Shown: positions 12,474 through 24,817, numbered from the stretch's first letter. The stretch is DNA of 64,000 bases from Trichosphaerium sp. ATCC 40318 (GCA_038496445.1 JALMLS010000340.1:62001-126000), one strand, 5' to 3'. The notes: generated from the sequence alone by a model not told the origin. Translations and numbers: made by a program.

Positions 12474-12529
12474 TGTGGTGGTTCTACAGTTACTTGTAGC
12501 TTCCGTTGTTACATCGGAAAACCACCACA
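12474..12529. other. Three-way-junction (branched hairpin) element in intergenic DNA
   Basis: Outer stem TGTGGTGGTT (12474-12483) pairs with AACCACCACA (12520-12529). Inner hairpins are CTACA/TGTAG (12484-12499) and TTCCG/CGGAA (12501-12519). Confidence 0.6.
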
Positions 12530-13018
12530 GTAAATAAGGGTGCTGTTTATTATGCAGCATTACACTGAATGACACAGATTGAGATATAGCAAAATCAAGA
12601 AGATTAAAACAAAAGACTTACAAGTACAATCAAGTTTTTGACTAAAATCAAACGGAATCTCAACCCTTTTTGCTCTTTATTAACACGTGTTTTTTTAGCT
12701 TTATCAAGAGCAAGTACACGATGAGCTGGGTGGAAGTTACATACACATATCTAACTCAAGAATTGGTGAAAAAGCTATGACTGATACAGTTAAAATGGCA
12801 GAAAAAATGTGTTTTCTACATGTAGCTCTGAGAGATGCCCATCCAATTAACTTTACAGATAAATTCTAGAATCTAGAAATTAGAAATACTGCTTCTATAA
12901 GCCCTATATTGTCCGTGACTTACCTCAGCTGAATAAAATAAAAAAGTATTGATAATTTGTTTATTGATAGTAGTATATACAAGGCGTATCATCCAACGAT
13001 ACGAAAGTTCGCATGTGA

Positions 13019-13927
13019 TCATACCTTCGCCAATACAGGCCTGAATTTTTTGAGTGCTGGGTCATCTTTACTGACCAAACCCTTCTTTGCTTTACGAACT
13101 TGTGAAACGACTGTATCAAACTTTTTCATTTCAGGTACTTCAAATATGCCATCTCCATTGACCTTGTTATTTGGCATCTGCTTATAACGTTGTGATAGTT
13201 TTGTTCCTTTAACCCAACCACATGCCCAAAGTGCATTAGATTCAACAAGTGGACGAATAGAACCCTTGGAATTCAAGTAGAATCCACTATTAAACCTTTT
13301 ACATCCTGTTTTGTTGATCACTTTACGAGCACCCTTCAATACCTCAAGTACAGCCGTAAGTGTTGCATTTGCTTTTGGCATTCCTGTCATCACGTAAAAT
13401 GTTCTTTTACTGATTGGTTGATTTCCTAGACCATAGGGTGAGTCATACATCACGATCACAAAAAGTAAACAAAGCAAACAATTACATACCTAAACCAGAT
13501 TTGATTTTTTCTTCAATCCAAGCTGTACGAACTGCTTTTTGAATCTTATCGTATGTTGTCCACCATGTCCCCATTGAGCAAGAGTCGCTGACATGAGCAC
13601 AATAACATGTGCCATTTGGATTTGGGCTGATGATTCCGATACATGTTGCCAAACCAGCAACACCACAAGGTTTTGCTATCATAAACTGTTAGAATACATC
13701 ACAGGCTTTAGAACATACGCAATGACTTCATGAATGTGCCTCCGACACCTCCTCCAACAGTTGCAGGGGTAATTGTGGGTTTCTTTGTACTATATCATGA
13801 AGAGTGTCAGTAATCATTGGATTTCACTTGACGATAAATTAACGTACACTGGCGCCTTTGATGGTTTCTTCTTTTGAGTGACACGTTTCTTTGTTTTGTT
13901 GTTGGTTGATGTTTGTTTGTTTGACAT
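13019..13927 (-). CDS. Small basic protein with CheD/CNF1/YfiH-like Cys-His motif (putative deamidase)
   Basis: ATG at 13927 (MSNKQTSTNKTKKRVTQKKKPSK). The exon at 13482-13682 encodes GVAGLATCIGIISPNPNGTCYCAHV. The last exon is within ORF 13019-13477. Confidence 0.6.
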
Positions 13928-14314
13928 TTAGCTTGTTGTTGATTTTGATTTTGATTTTTTTTTCAAATCAGTGAAACAAGAATGACGTGACAACCACAAT
14001 TTTTATTTGGTTTCCTCGATAAACACTTTGCTGCACGAGCACTTCTTTCGCGATACCTAGTATTAGCGAGTGCTAATACTATGTATTGGAGCTTTATCAA
14101 CCTATTTAATGGTATGTATAGTTTATAGTCTATACTACCGCTTTTAGGGTTGATCACGGTCATTCTTAAAGCAGAAACGTGACAAGAAGCCCTCTATCAA
14201 TAAGTTTTACGTGAAATCTCACGAGAAACATCGTGAAATAAATAACGCGAATCTTGACATCAATAACAGACTAGAAACGTAAACGAGGAGTTCGCTACAC
14301 TAATCAAATTGATA

Positions 14315-14693
14315 TCACTCGAAGCACCCATCCACAATGAACGATACCAGATCTGGCGTCGCAGCAAGTGGTGGTACAAGGATGGCTCCTTTGGCGGAGC
14401 TAGCTTGCCTTCCAAGCGTAGTCTCTTTCTAAGAGCCTTCCTTTTTGCATAGATATTAGGGTTCTTCTTGTTCATCGCGGGAGCTGCAGTCTCTAGGGAT
14501 TCTAAGAAGACCGCCAGCTGGCATACTAGCACATCTCTGACACGCTCTTAATTTGGTCATCAAATGCTATTAAACCCTGCCCAAGTGCCTGGAGTAAGTG
14601 GTAGAGAAGACTGAATATCAGCTTCAGAGCGAAGAGAAAGAGATTGACAGATTGCTGTAAGGAGAGTACTGGAACTATACCAAACATATACAT
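14315..14693 (-). pseudogene. Frameshifted paralog of the orphan gene at 59823-60215
   Basis: Aligns codon by codon with 59823-60215 (MYMFGIVPVLSL...KKNPNIYAKRKALRKRLRLEGKLAPPK...RRQIWYRSLWM). It has a net +2 indel near 14530-14545 leading to a TAG, and a second shift at the stop. An assembly error is not excluded. Confidence 0.65.
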
Positions 14694-15002
14694 TATACGA
14701 ATTAGATTTCCGAGTCCAACAAACCGGTAAGTTATAATAAACCGAAATATCGGGAAATTAGAATAGGCCGAAAACACTTTTTTGCCCGTTGAGTAGATCA
14801 TTACAGGCTACATTTTGCGTTGTCTAGGCACGTAATAACAAGACACAGATATTGCTCTTACAACAGGGTAAATTAAAACTGGCCGTAGCCAGCCTGGGGA
14901 AAATACAATAGACCGAATAGTTCCGCCTAAAAACCCGAAAATATACGAAATTTCATGATGAACTCGCACCTCTGAAGTCATACCAAATACAATACTACAA
15001 CA

Positions 15003-15904
15003 ATGACAACAACTTACAAACTTACGTACTTTAACTGGCGCGGATTAGGAGAGACTGCCAGGTATATCTTCGCAGCTGCAGGCAAAGGTAAACCAAATAA
15101 AGGGAGTTTTCATATTTTCAACAGAATTGACATTTGTTGCATTTAGACTACACGGACGTGCGCTTTACCAGTAAAGAAGATAAAGATTGGCTTGCTTACC
15201 AACCTACGACACCTTTTGGGCAAGCTCCAACACTTGAAGTCACTGTTGACGGAAAATGTAAGCTGTCTGTGCATTCACTTGTTTTTGTTTTGAACTTTTT
15301 TCGTTTTTAACTTTTCCTAACACTTTCAATAGCCTCTTTATTTGGACAATCATCAGCAATCAACAAATTCTTATCGCTAGAATTCGGGTACATGGGTAAC
15401 AATAAGATGGAAGCGTTTCTCATTGACTCAGTTTGTACGTTGCTGACAAGTAGTATCTTGCCACGTGCTTACAACATAACATCTAGACGAGACATTGAAC
15501 GATTTACTGTATGTATGGGCTGACGTTGTGTTCCAAAAGCCTGAGAAAGATAGACCAGGTCTTAAAAAATGGTTCGATGAAGTGACTGTCCCTGCTGTCT
15601 TAAAAAAACTAGATGCCATTTGGGGCAAAACAAAGGTAAAAAATTTCTTGTCGAAATACTTGGCAATAACACCTTCTTCTTAGGGACCATACCTTCTCGG
15701 AGATAGAATATCACTCGCTGACATATATTTCGCCCGTTCAGTGGATGAAGTAGATATGGATGGTAGTGTAACCAAGCAACTACCGAACATGCAAAAGGCC
15801 AGGTAAAAATATCTCTGATTACAAGCGATTTAACTCGTTATAGGGATGCTACTGATGTGTTGTTCAAAGCTTGGAGAACGACTAGACCTCAAACGCCTCT
15901 GTAA
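15003..15904 (+). CDS. GST: Glutathione S-transferase, sigma-like class
   Basis: MTTTYKLTYFNWRGLGETARYIFAAAG...TPFGQAPTLEV...GQSSAINKFL...YLLGDRISLADIY; five short introns. Confidence 0.93.
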
Positions 15905-16097
15905 CGTAGTGATGCTTCCAATAACATGTGAACAGAATAAATAACTTTGTTTTGCTTCAATACCTGCGGAAAGCATAGTTACCTTTATCGTACCTTTTCT
16001 TTTGCAACACAACCTACTAACATAAGAAAACACAATTTTTATGACGAGGCAACGTGTAAACATCTTACATAATATTTTCTTTTTTTTGTTGTACATT

Positions 16098-17863
16098 CTA
16101 CAATTGTAGTTCGGGCGTCATCAACACGTTTGGCTTAGGAGCACGCCGGTTTATCAACCTTGAATCAATAGCGCTGCCTTGATTATTTCTTATCAAGTCT
16201 TGAATTGCATTGTAGTCCTTTGGGTTCACCCAATACGGTACACACACTAACTGAATCCCTACAGTGCAACAATGTCAGAAAAAGAAATTTGTTGAGTTAG
16301 TGTTCATTACATACCAAGTTTACCACAAATGTATGCCTTCTCATCATCTCTGCCTTCAAATACTGATAGAGTAGACGAATAAGGTAAAATATCGTGATAG
16401 TGATGCTCTCCTAAAGCAATTTTAGTATAAGACAATAAATGTTTTAAATTAAAACTTACCTTGATACTCAAACGCAATGTTGTAGCTTGCTACATATATA
16501 TCTAATGTAACAGGTTTGTAGCTACTACGGCTAACACCTAGGTAGTGCTCTTCAACAATATCTACGTCTGGAAATATTTTTCTAATAGTCTCGAACAGTG
16601 TGCTTCAAAATGATAAGGCTTTTTTTTTTAAATCAGCATTGGCCTTGCTTACCGCTGATGTGACTTCTTTGATGACGGAGCATAAACACTTCTATCCCAT
16701 TGAAAATTCGGATAGTACTTTTGCAGAGCATGTGGTAGGTATTGATATGCCCCAGATGCTCCAGATAGATTGGCCTGATCTTGAGAAAAGCGAAGCCTGA
16801 AGAAAAACTTAGATTTTCGATGGCTGACTTGACGTACCAAGACGATGGGCTAGATAATTCATGCATGTACTGTGCATCTCTCAGAAACGCAAGTTGCGTT
16901 TCGGTTGATGACCAATGTCCACGGACATGGCGACTAGAGTAAAATCAATTTGAGTCAAAACCCACTTTTTTAAAAAAAAAACACTTAGTGATTGGTATGC
17001 GTACTTTCCGAAGCGGTTTTCTTCCCATTTGAAGTTAGGGTATATATTTCGCAAAGCCTTGGACATGGACCAGTTGTACCTTGTCGAAGTTAAAAAAAAT
17101 CAAAAACCAACTCTTTGTAATCACGTGTTTTTTTTTCCATCCAAAACGAAAACTTTTTTGAAGACTACTTACTTGCTTAATATACCTGACCCAATGCGTT
17201 TATACAGTCCTCTTCCACCATACCAATCATCTAGTGTTTTCATGCCATACTCGTGTTCAATTTCGTTTATTTTCTCTGCTTGGAAATCAACTGAAGACCA
17301 GTATTGCCTGGGTACACACCTTTCATTTTGGGAGTTAATTTCTCATTTCAAAAAAAACCCACATGACCAAAAGGCACAAAGTGTGAGTAGCTTGTAGGTA
17401 TGGAACCAAAAAAAACGCACTTAAAGCGCCATGGTATCCAGTGATGGCCTGGATAAAGCGTCTTGAGGGCTTGGTATATAGAACCGTTATAGTAGCTGTA
17501 ACAGACTATTAACATCTTGATTCAGTTTACTAACGTACGATCTGATAATGCCAGCAGCCTTTCCGAATGATTTTTGTAGTTGTTTGTATGTGACATTGTA
17601 CCAATCCACAATTCGTTTGATCTTAAGTTGTACAGCAATTGTCCTGTCAAAATATTGCCTTGAGGCTCATGTTAGTGCGTAGAGTGTGCAAGCAAGTAAA
17701 TTATGGTACCTTTGGCGGTTTAAATTCCAAAATCCGCTTGGCGCGGTAATATACGCGCCGTAGGTACGATTATTTACATTATGACGCTTAGAAACAAGTT
17801 CTAGTTTATCAGCTTAAATAGTACTTATGACGACTTACTCGCACGCAACGCAGCGCTTTGCAT
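16098..17863 (-). CDS. Trp-rich helical-repeat protein with C-terminal PD-(D/E)XK (RAP/Vsr/DUF559-like) nuclease domain; possible mitochondrial presequence
   Basis: MQSAALRA|KLVSKRH... is followed by three repeats (GFWNLNRQRQYFD...DWY...ALKTLYPGHHWIPWRF; QYWSS...DDWY...ALRNIYPNFKWEENRF; GHWSS...SWY...ALQKYYPNFQWD). It ends TLDIYVASYNIAFEYQ|GEHHY...RDDEKAYICGKL|GIQLVCVPYW. Confidence 0.72.
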
Positions 17864-18119
17864 CAGTTCGCTACCATGTTTATGTCATCTTAGTTGACGT
17901 GTGGCTTAACCATTGCCTTCTTTACTTACAAGTAGACTGTACGTCCGAACCAGGGTCGATTGCGCACCAGATTATTTATTATACAAGTAGCAGCGCCACT
18001 GCCTTCGAAAAAAAAAAAAGGTAAAAAATGATGTCTTTTTTTTTTGTTCGTCTGATGTCTGCAGCCAAGATAGAGCTTTTCAAAAAAAACTAAAACCCTC
18101 ATATTCCTTTCAACATTTT

Positions 18120-20705
18120 TTAAATCTGAGCTTGGAATTGCTGATGTTGTTTTGCTGCAGTTGCAGAGCTGTGGTTTTCTGGCTTATCACTCAATGGCTT
18201 AACATCAATTTTTGTTTTTTCAATATCTGGCGGTTGTGAGCTGCCAGGAGGCAAGTAAGGTGATGAAGATGGCAAGTCGCTATTGAGCATCTTCTAGTTC
18301 GTTGTTAGTACGAAAAACTGGAATAAAGAGGTGTTTATGTACCTTTGAATCTGTATCAGGATCGGATATTACTTTGTGTTGTGTTGGAATTTGGTCTGCT
18401 AGGAGTGTCTTTTTCCTACCAGCGCCACGTGCACCAGGGCGCCTGGATACCTTCTTAGCATTCTTTTTAATGCTGTATTCTCCAAAAGAGTAACCCTAAA
18501 AGCAGTGTCAACACGAAAACATCCCATAAATGTCAAAACATTTAAGACAATTTCTATTATAAAACAGATTTTTTGTATCACGTGTCAAAGCAAAAAAAAC
18601 ATTTGTAACTTCATTTGAAGTCACCAAGGTGCAAGCGCTTTTATGTACCTTTTGTTGTAAGCCAGTTATAATGCGATTTAGCTTGGCTTTACTCTCTCCC
18701 AGTTTGAACATTGCAGCATCAATGTCGTAATTGCAAACTTGCAAAACGCCATAAATATGTCTGTAAATGACAGCATCGAGTTGAAACTCCTCCGGATTGT
18801 ACATTGATGGATTCTTACTACAAGGTGTGAGACAAGTCAAACAAAAAAGAACCCCGTACAGTAAGTCATGCAAATGCTTTGTAATCAATTTATCCTTGTT
18901 ACGGCAATCTGCCTCAAGTTTACGTATACGCAGCTCTTGATCAACAGTTTTCTTCTCAAGATCACCATAATCTTTTGAGAACGAATCAATTGTTTGTTGC
19001 TGTTCTCGCTCTGTTGCCCATCGCACTGTCATCGATTTTTGTTTAAACTACAACAGGTTGTCAATTGATGGAGATGGCGGAAAAAAAAAATAGGATTGAG
19101 TAATGAGCAAAGAACAACAGGCTGTGCTCGATAATGTGTAGTACGTACTTCATCTATAATTTTGTTTTGAAGTCTATCTAATACTTTGCTTGCATCACTG
19201 TGAAGGCCAAAAGTGACAACAGCGAAAGGAGCTACAAGCATTCATCAGCATTTTTTTTTTTTTTCAACAGAGAAAATTTAGTCGTGTTAACAAAGAAACA
19301 TACGTGTTTTGGCAACATAAATGTCAACAATATCATCTTCAAGACCAACAGTTCTAATAAGTTTATCAAGTTCCTAGTACACGATGAGTATAGAGCGCAT
19401 AGACAAGCTACACGTACAATCTTTGTCATATCGCCAATATGAAGGAAAATCAGCTTTTTAAAATCAGAAGCAGGACTAATCTTGCATCGTTGAGCCTATA
19501 ATACAAAAAGGTAAGCGATAAATGCAAAACCAGAACAAATAAAAATTGTCAAACAGACTGAAAAAAGTACAAAGTGAATGCGACGTACCTCTACAATTAC
19601 ACCAAAAGGCTTATACTTTTGTTGCATAAGCAACTCGTAGTGTTTTTTTGGTAGATAAACAAATGCATTGGTCCTAAAAATAAGTGATTAGTCACTACAG
19701 CACGTGGATAAACGGTAAAGAAAAAAAAATGAAAAAAATTGCAAAAAAAAAAAAAGAATTTTAGTTTACCTGTAGGCTTGTTTGTATCGTGTTTGTATAA
19801 AGCTAGCGTGGTATGCTTCTAATGTAATTCCTTCCATTGTCATTGCAGCAAACGCTTCTTTAATGGACCTCTCACTGACCATAGATGGAACGTTATGTAA
19901 CAATAGTTTCTTGGCACCCTCTGGAACTCCTTTTGGTCTGCTTGATTGTCGTAAATTACTTGCTGAAACTCTACATAAAGATGTTATTTAGGGTTAAAAA
20001 AATGACTCACTGAGTACAATTTTTTGGTGTTTTTTTTTTGTTTTTTTCAGATTGTTGGAATAAGAAAATTTTTTGTAGACTTCCAAATAAAACGAAGCTA
20101 CGCGTATGATATACGTACGCTTTTTGTTGCTTAACCTCAATATCCAGTTTTTTAAATTTATCGGATGCAGCATCGTAAACGTTGGTTGGTTTAGGTGTGC
20201 TCTCAGAGCTGAATTTTTGCTGGTAGTCAGCAGAGAAGAATTGGTCCGGTGACGGAGATTCCTTATTGTTTTTGTAAGCAAAATTGAGTGTATGTAAGAA
20301 AAGGGTATACGACGTCAAGCGTATGCGTGGGACTGGTTGTCCAGTTCGAGTTTTACACCATAAACAAAGCTGCTAAAAAAATTAACTTCGCACCTCTCGC
20401 TTGGCTTTTGCTGGTGCATTTACATTTTCTACATGGTTGTGAGCGAGGTTCAAGGCAAATTAAGGCAAAAGCGTCGTACCTTTGCCATACGTTTCTCTAA
20501 AGTCGCGCAGTGTCTCTATAATGCTTGGTCGCGCATTTGTATTACATGTAAAGTGATAAGAGCGCTGAGTTTGTTTATTTACGCAACGCTTGTTAACAAC
20601 GGTTACGCTACGCCTAGTTTGCTTATTGTACTTTCGACATTGAGAAGGTGGTCGGAATACAATGATCGCCCTTGCGCGAGTAATAGACGCTGGCAGAGTA
20701 TACAT
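18120..20705 (-). CDS. Multi-exon protein with degenerate RRM-like segments and coiled coil; possible mitochondrial presequence
   Basis: Arg/Ser-rich, acid-poor N-terminus (MYTLPASITRARAIIVFRPP). KLLLHNVPSMVSERSIKEAF and FAVVTF...ASKVLDRLQNKII...MTVRWA resemble RRM elements. Coiled coil DLEKKTVDQELRIRKLEAD. Confidence 0.5.
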
Positions 20706-20805
20706 AAGAAGCTCGCGCGTGAGTTCAGCCTTACAAGTTGTTTCGTAATTAAGTAAGTTTAAGCAACTGCTATTTGTGCTTCTTGCTGATCAAACAGGAG
20801 AGTAT

Positions 20806-22156
20806 ATGTCTACAAAGATGTCTGATTGGAATGCCAAGCTTAGGCAGCTTGGTGATGTTTACATGGACATGCAAAATCACCTAGGTGACCTGGCTGCACA
20901 GCAGGCAGATGCTGTCGCTAGTTTAGAGCAGTTTAAGGAAACAGCTCGACAAGAACGCGCAGCAATGTTAAAACTGTACAAAGAGGAAACGAACAAACAA
21001 GAGAAGCTACTAGGAGATAAAATTAAGGTAAAACAAATTCTAGAACCAATAACTACAGAATGTCACATTACGAAAACAATAATAACAAGGGCCCGTCCAT
21101 AGGCGCTGGAGGATGAAAAAGCGACGCTTTCACAAATCGTTTATGACGTTCCAAAATACGTCACACTAAACGTAGGCACGCACCACGCCGCGAATGCAGC
21201 ACTTCTGGAAAAAAAACGTTATGAAAGTTTTTAACATTTTAATTCCCCCTTTGTTTACATCGCTGGGACTTACAATTCTCCAGGAGGGCGCATTTACAAA
21301 ACGACGCAAGACACACTTTGTTTACAAGTGCGTACAGCCTTAAAAAGGGGTTATCCTTACAGAAAAACGAGGATACAATGCTCTCGGCCATGTTCAGTGG
21401 ACGCCATGATTTGTCAAAAGACTTAGTGCGTCACATTAGTCCTGTTTCAAAAATAAGCTGATTTCGCGTCTTCCAGGACGAGAACGGGCACTACTTTCTT
21501 GATAGAGATGGTGATAATTTTAAATATATCCTTGCTTGGCTGCGTTGCAGACATGATGTACCTGAGTTGGAGACAATGGAAGTTGGGCAGTTACGAAGTC
21601 TTCAGATTGAAGCCAATTTTTTTCAAGTGGATTCTCTTAGTCATAAAATCTTTAAGATATTGAAAGAGAGAGAAAAAGGTACGTCCTTGAACAACACTTT
21701 ATTATTTTAAAGTAATAATGATTTTTATCAAGGCCCTCATTGCTCTTACGCCCTCCTGGAAGTCAACTTCGAAGCAAATAGTCTTGTGAAGGGCATGATC
21801 GCCAGGTATCTTTTTTGTTGAAAATTGTTTTTTTTGGATTTTTTATTTATTTTTTTACAGTGCTTATTGGCGTGATACGATACCTGAACCTACTTTATTG
21901 CGTTTGGACTCAACGCCTTCTCGTAAGAATAATACTTTTTTTCCAGTGTACGTACACCAGTTTGGTATAAATGTGAATCTTTAATGACATTTTTTTTTCT
22001 GTTTTTAGATCAGGTCAACAACCTACAAAGTTCAAATCTTTGACTCAGATTTTTGGAGAGTTGGACGCACTTGGTTGGGAGTTAGTCACCAGTGAGCAAA
22101 TTAGTGTAAGAAATTCAAACGTGTACCATTTTAGAAAAGCACTGGGACGTCAGTAA
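20806..22156 (+). CDS. KCTD-type BTB/POZ (T1) domain protein with N-terminal coiled coil
   Basis: YVTLNV|GGRIYKTTQDTL...DTMLSAMFSGRH...DENGHYFLDRDGDNFKYILAWLR...EANFFQV. The 3' end is approximate. Confidence 0.88.
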
Positions 22157-22442
22157 TTGAAAAGAGGTACCTGTAACTAATAATAAAATCCGAGTTAGCT
22201 TTATCATACGTTTGGTTCCTGTTGCTTCCTTTATGAATATCTGGTATTAATGATCTTAGCACTAAGTTGTTACGTCTTTTTTGCTCCTTTAACTTACTGC
22301 TTGAAGTGTCATAGGACTGTCAAACATGTTTATTACTCACACTGGTGACTAACTTACAAAGTAATAATAGGCAGTAAACAATAACAATAGTTTGCTACAA
22401 ACAACAAGCACATAAACTTTTAGGCATGGCAGGATATTAGAG

Positions 22443-23169
22443 CTATGAATATGGTAAGCCCAGTGTAATTAACCACAATAAGGCAGTTGCAGCTGCAAAG
22501 ACAATAAGACCAACCCATTTTATGACCAAGATCGCAATAAAACCCTGAAAAAGAGGTAAGTTCTGTGTTTTACAATCACCACCTAATCCTATGATAACAC
22601 TTGCAAAGATCAATGCCAGTAACAATACAACACAACAACAAACTAAAACCGATTAGCATAATAATAAAACGCGGTAGAATAAAGGAAGAAACTCAATCCA
22701 TAAAAAAAATACACGTGGATACGTTCAACTAATTTGGTAAAAAAGGAACTGGTTTTTGTTAGATAGTGCTCTAATGTACCTAGGATTATGGTTGATACGG
22801 TGCGATATTTCTTTGGCTTAGACAAGTGCTTAGAAGCTATTACTGCTGCGACAGTACCGACTACAAATAATAGTACACTGTCTGCTATCGTCCATATTGA
22901 TAGAGATAGACCTAAATCCACTATTTGTCGTGTGCTAGCCACGTGCTAATTTCGCAATTTTATGAAACAAAACACTCTACAACGTACCTAGAGTTTTACA
23001 GTCATCTACAGAAAAATACACAGCGCCAACCACTATTTGTATAGTCGCCAGTAGATAAAAAGGGCTAGCGAAGATAGCGCGATACAATACAATAGGTTGG
23101 CAGCATGACCTCATCTTACGTTATAGGCGGTTGGAGTGCTTCAAAGAATATGATTGCCATTGACTCCAT
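22443..23169 (-). CDS. Small multi-pass membrane protein of unknown function
   Basis: About four hydrophobic segments with D-C-K motifs in the loops (DDCKTL, GDCKTQN) across ORFs 22643-22942 and 22443-22625. Both ends are uncertain. Confidence 0.5.
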
Positions 23170-23367
23170 TAGTTCTTGTACAAAAAATGGTAGGACGTTC
23201 CCAAACTAAGGCTTGTTGTACTATATGTATCGCGAAACGTCCTCGACTACAGTAATGTAGTCAAATAAACCAAACAAACAAAAAATGGTTGTATCGAAGC
23301 TATTTATTAGACTACTAGTTTGCAAACTAGTATGTGAATGGAATTAGCACCAAGGAATAGTACAAAA

Positions 23368-24507
23368 TTATGACAAGGCACTGCGTGCTTGTCTAAACTT
23401 ATCATCGTCATCTATCATGCCATCTAACTTGTTGTCTTGGAATGCTTTGTAAACTTTTGTAAGTTTATTTTTTTCGTCAAGACTTTCGAACATAGCTTTA
23501 GGCGTCTTGCCATCACCGTCAGCACAATCAATATCAACACCAGCAGCCAAAAGTATTCCCAAAGAGATTTTCATAGGTCTTGAAACTCTTCTACTTTCCA
23601 TCGCACGTGCAAGGACAACATGAAGGCAGTTTTTCCCTGTCTTATCAAGTTTATTGACATCCAATCCGAGATTGTGCTTTTTGTTTAGTACCATTATATC
23701 ACGCACTACGTTATGAGTAGATTGCGATTTATACTCACAATAGAACAGCATTGTCATGCCTTCTTTGTCTGTCCCACCGAAGCCAACTCCTCCCTCTGCA
23801 AAGATTTTAAGCAAAGCAGACTTGTCAACTGGTTTTTGCTTCTGTTTTAAAAAAACTTTCAACACGTGTTGTTGTAGGCTTTGTTTGGCATGAGAAATAT
23901 TCTTTACTTCATCTGAGGCACCTTGCAAGGCTTTGTTAAGGGTTTCGACATCGAATTCATCAATCGCTTTGTTCACCGTGGAGACTAGTTGTTTTGCTTC
24001 TTCGAACTGTTTTGTTCGGTCTGTGCTTATACAGTTTCCTTTAAGATACTTAATTGCAGCAGCATTTTCCATAGCAACGGCATGGTCAAGAGGTGTTTCC
24101 AGGTCTTTGTTTGGCTGCGTAAGCAAATGTGGTGCTTCTTCTTTAACCCAGTCAAGAACGTATTGTGTGACCTAACGTGGGTTTTTAACGGGCGGTTAAC
24201 GGAGATAATAGTTTATTTCTCTTACCTCTGGGTACTCTTCGAACTCAACGCATTGAAATACTATTGAGTTGTTTTTAGTTAGTTCAAGCGCGGTTACGTC
24301 CGCTCCCTGCTCTCGTAGTAATTCGATCATAGGCAAGCGATTATACAATATTCCTGCCCATAATAACGGCTCATCACCCCAGTAGCAGTCTTTGATCTCT
24401 GGATGCTCTGTTAAGAAATCTTTGATACTCCGTTCGAAATACGCTGTGTTATCGAGCTTGCCAAGCTCTATTTCCATTTCGTCCGACAGATGCACTGGTT
24501 TTGCCAT
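23368..24507 (-). CDS. Ankyrin-repeat protein
   Basis: EPLLWAGILYNRLPMIELLREQGADV; ETPLDHAVAMEN; DKTGKNCLHVV; LLAAGVDIDCADGDGKTP; one intron near 24172-24214. Confidence 0.85.
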
Positions 24508-24580
24508 TTGCGTTGTATTTACAAATGAACTTCCCAAAAAAAGTCTGTTGGTTAAAAATAGCAAAATTGTTGCGGTCCAG

Positions 24581-24609
24581 CATGGTCAAACGACAAGAGT
24601 TTGACCATG
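24581..24609. repeat. Perfect 11-bp inverted repeat with 7-nt spacer
   Basis: CATGGTCAAAC-gacaaga-GTTTGACCATG, about 75-100 nt upstream of the ankyrin gene start. Confidence 0.75.
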
Positions 24610-24817
24610 AGCACCTGTTAATGTCAAAAGTCGACCTATTTCTAGCCGGTGACCGAGTCTACTCAATTGGGGTTTCGGAGGAGCGTAGCGACTTAGCATG
24701 GCTTGTCATTCTTTTGAATCTTTTATGTTAATAACTCAAAGCGTATGTTTAATCGTTTACTAACTTGTTCCGTTTTTTAAAACAAATATGGATTATACTT
24801 TGTTAACAAGTATTGAG

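Noticed and set aside
12862-12886. Heat-shock-element-like TTCTAGAATCTAGAA
   Set aside because: Only two correctly phased nGAAn units, and it lies downstream of convergent genes.
12337-12934. ATTCAGC/GCTGAAT as terminal inverted repeats of a MITE around the three-way junction
   Set aside because: Only 7 bp with no target-site duplication, so it is compatible with chance.
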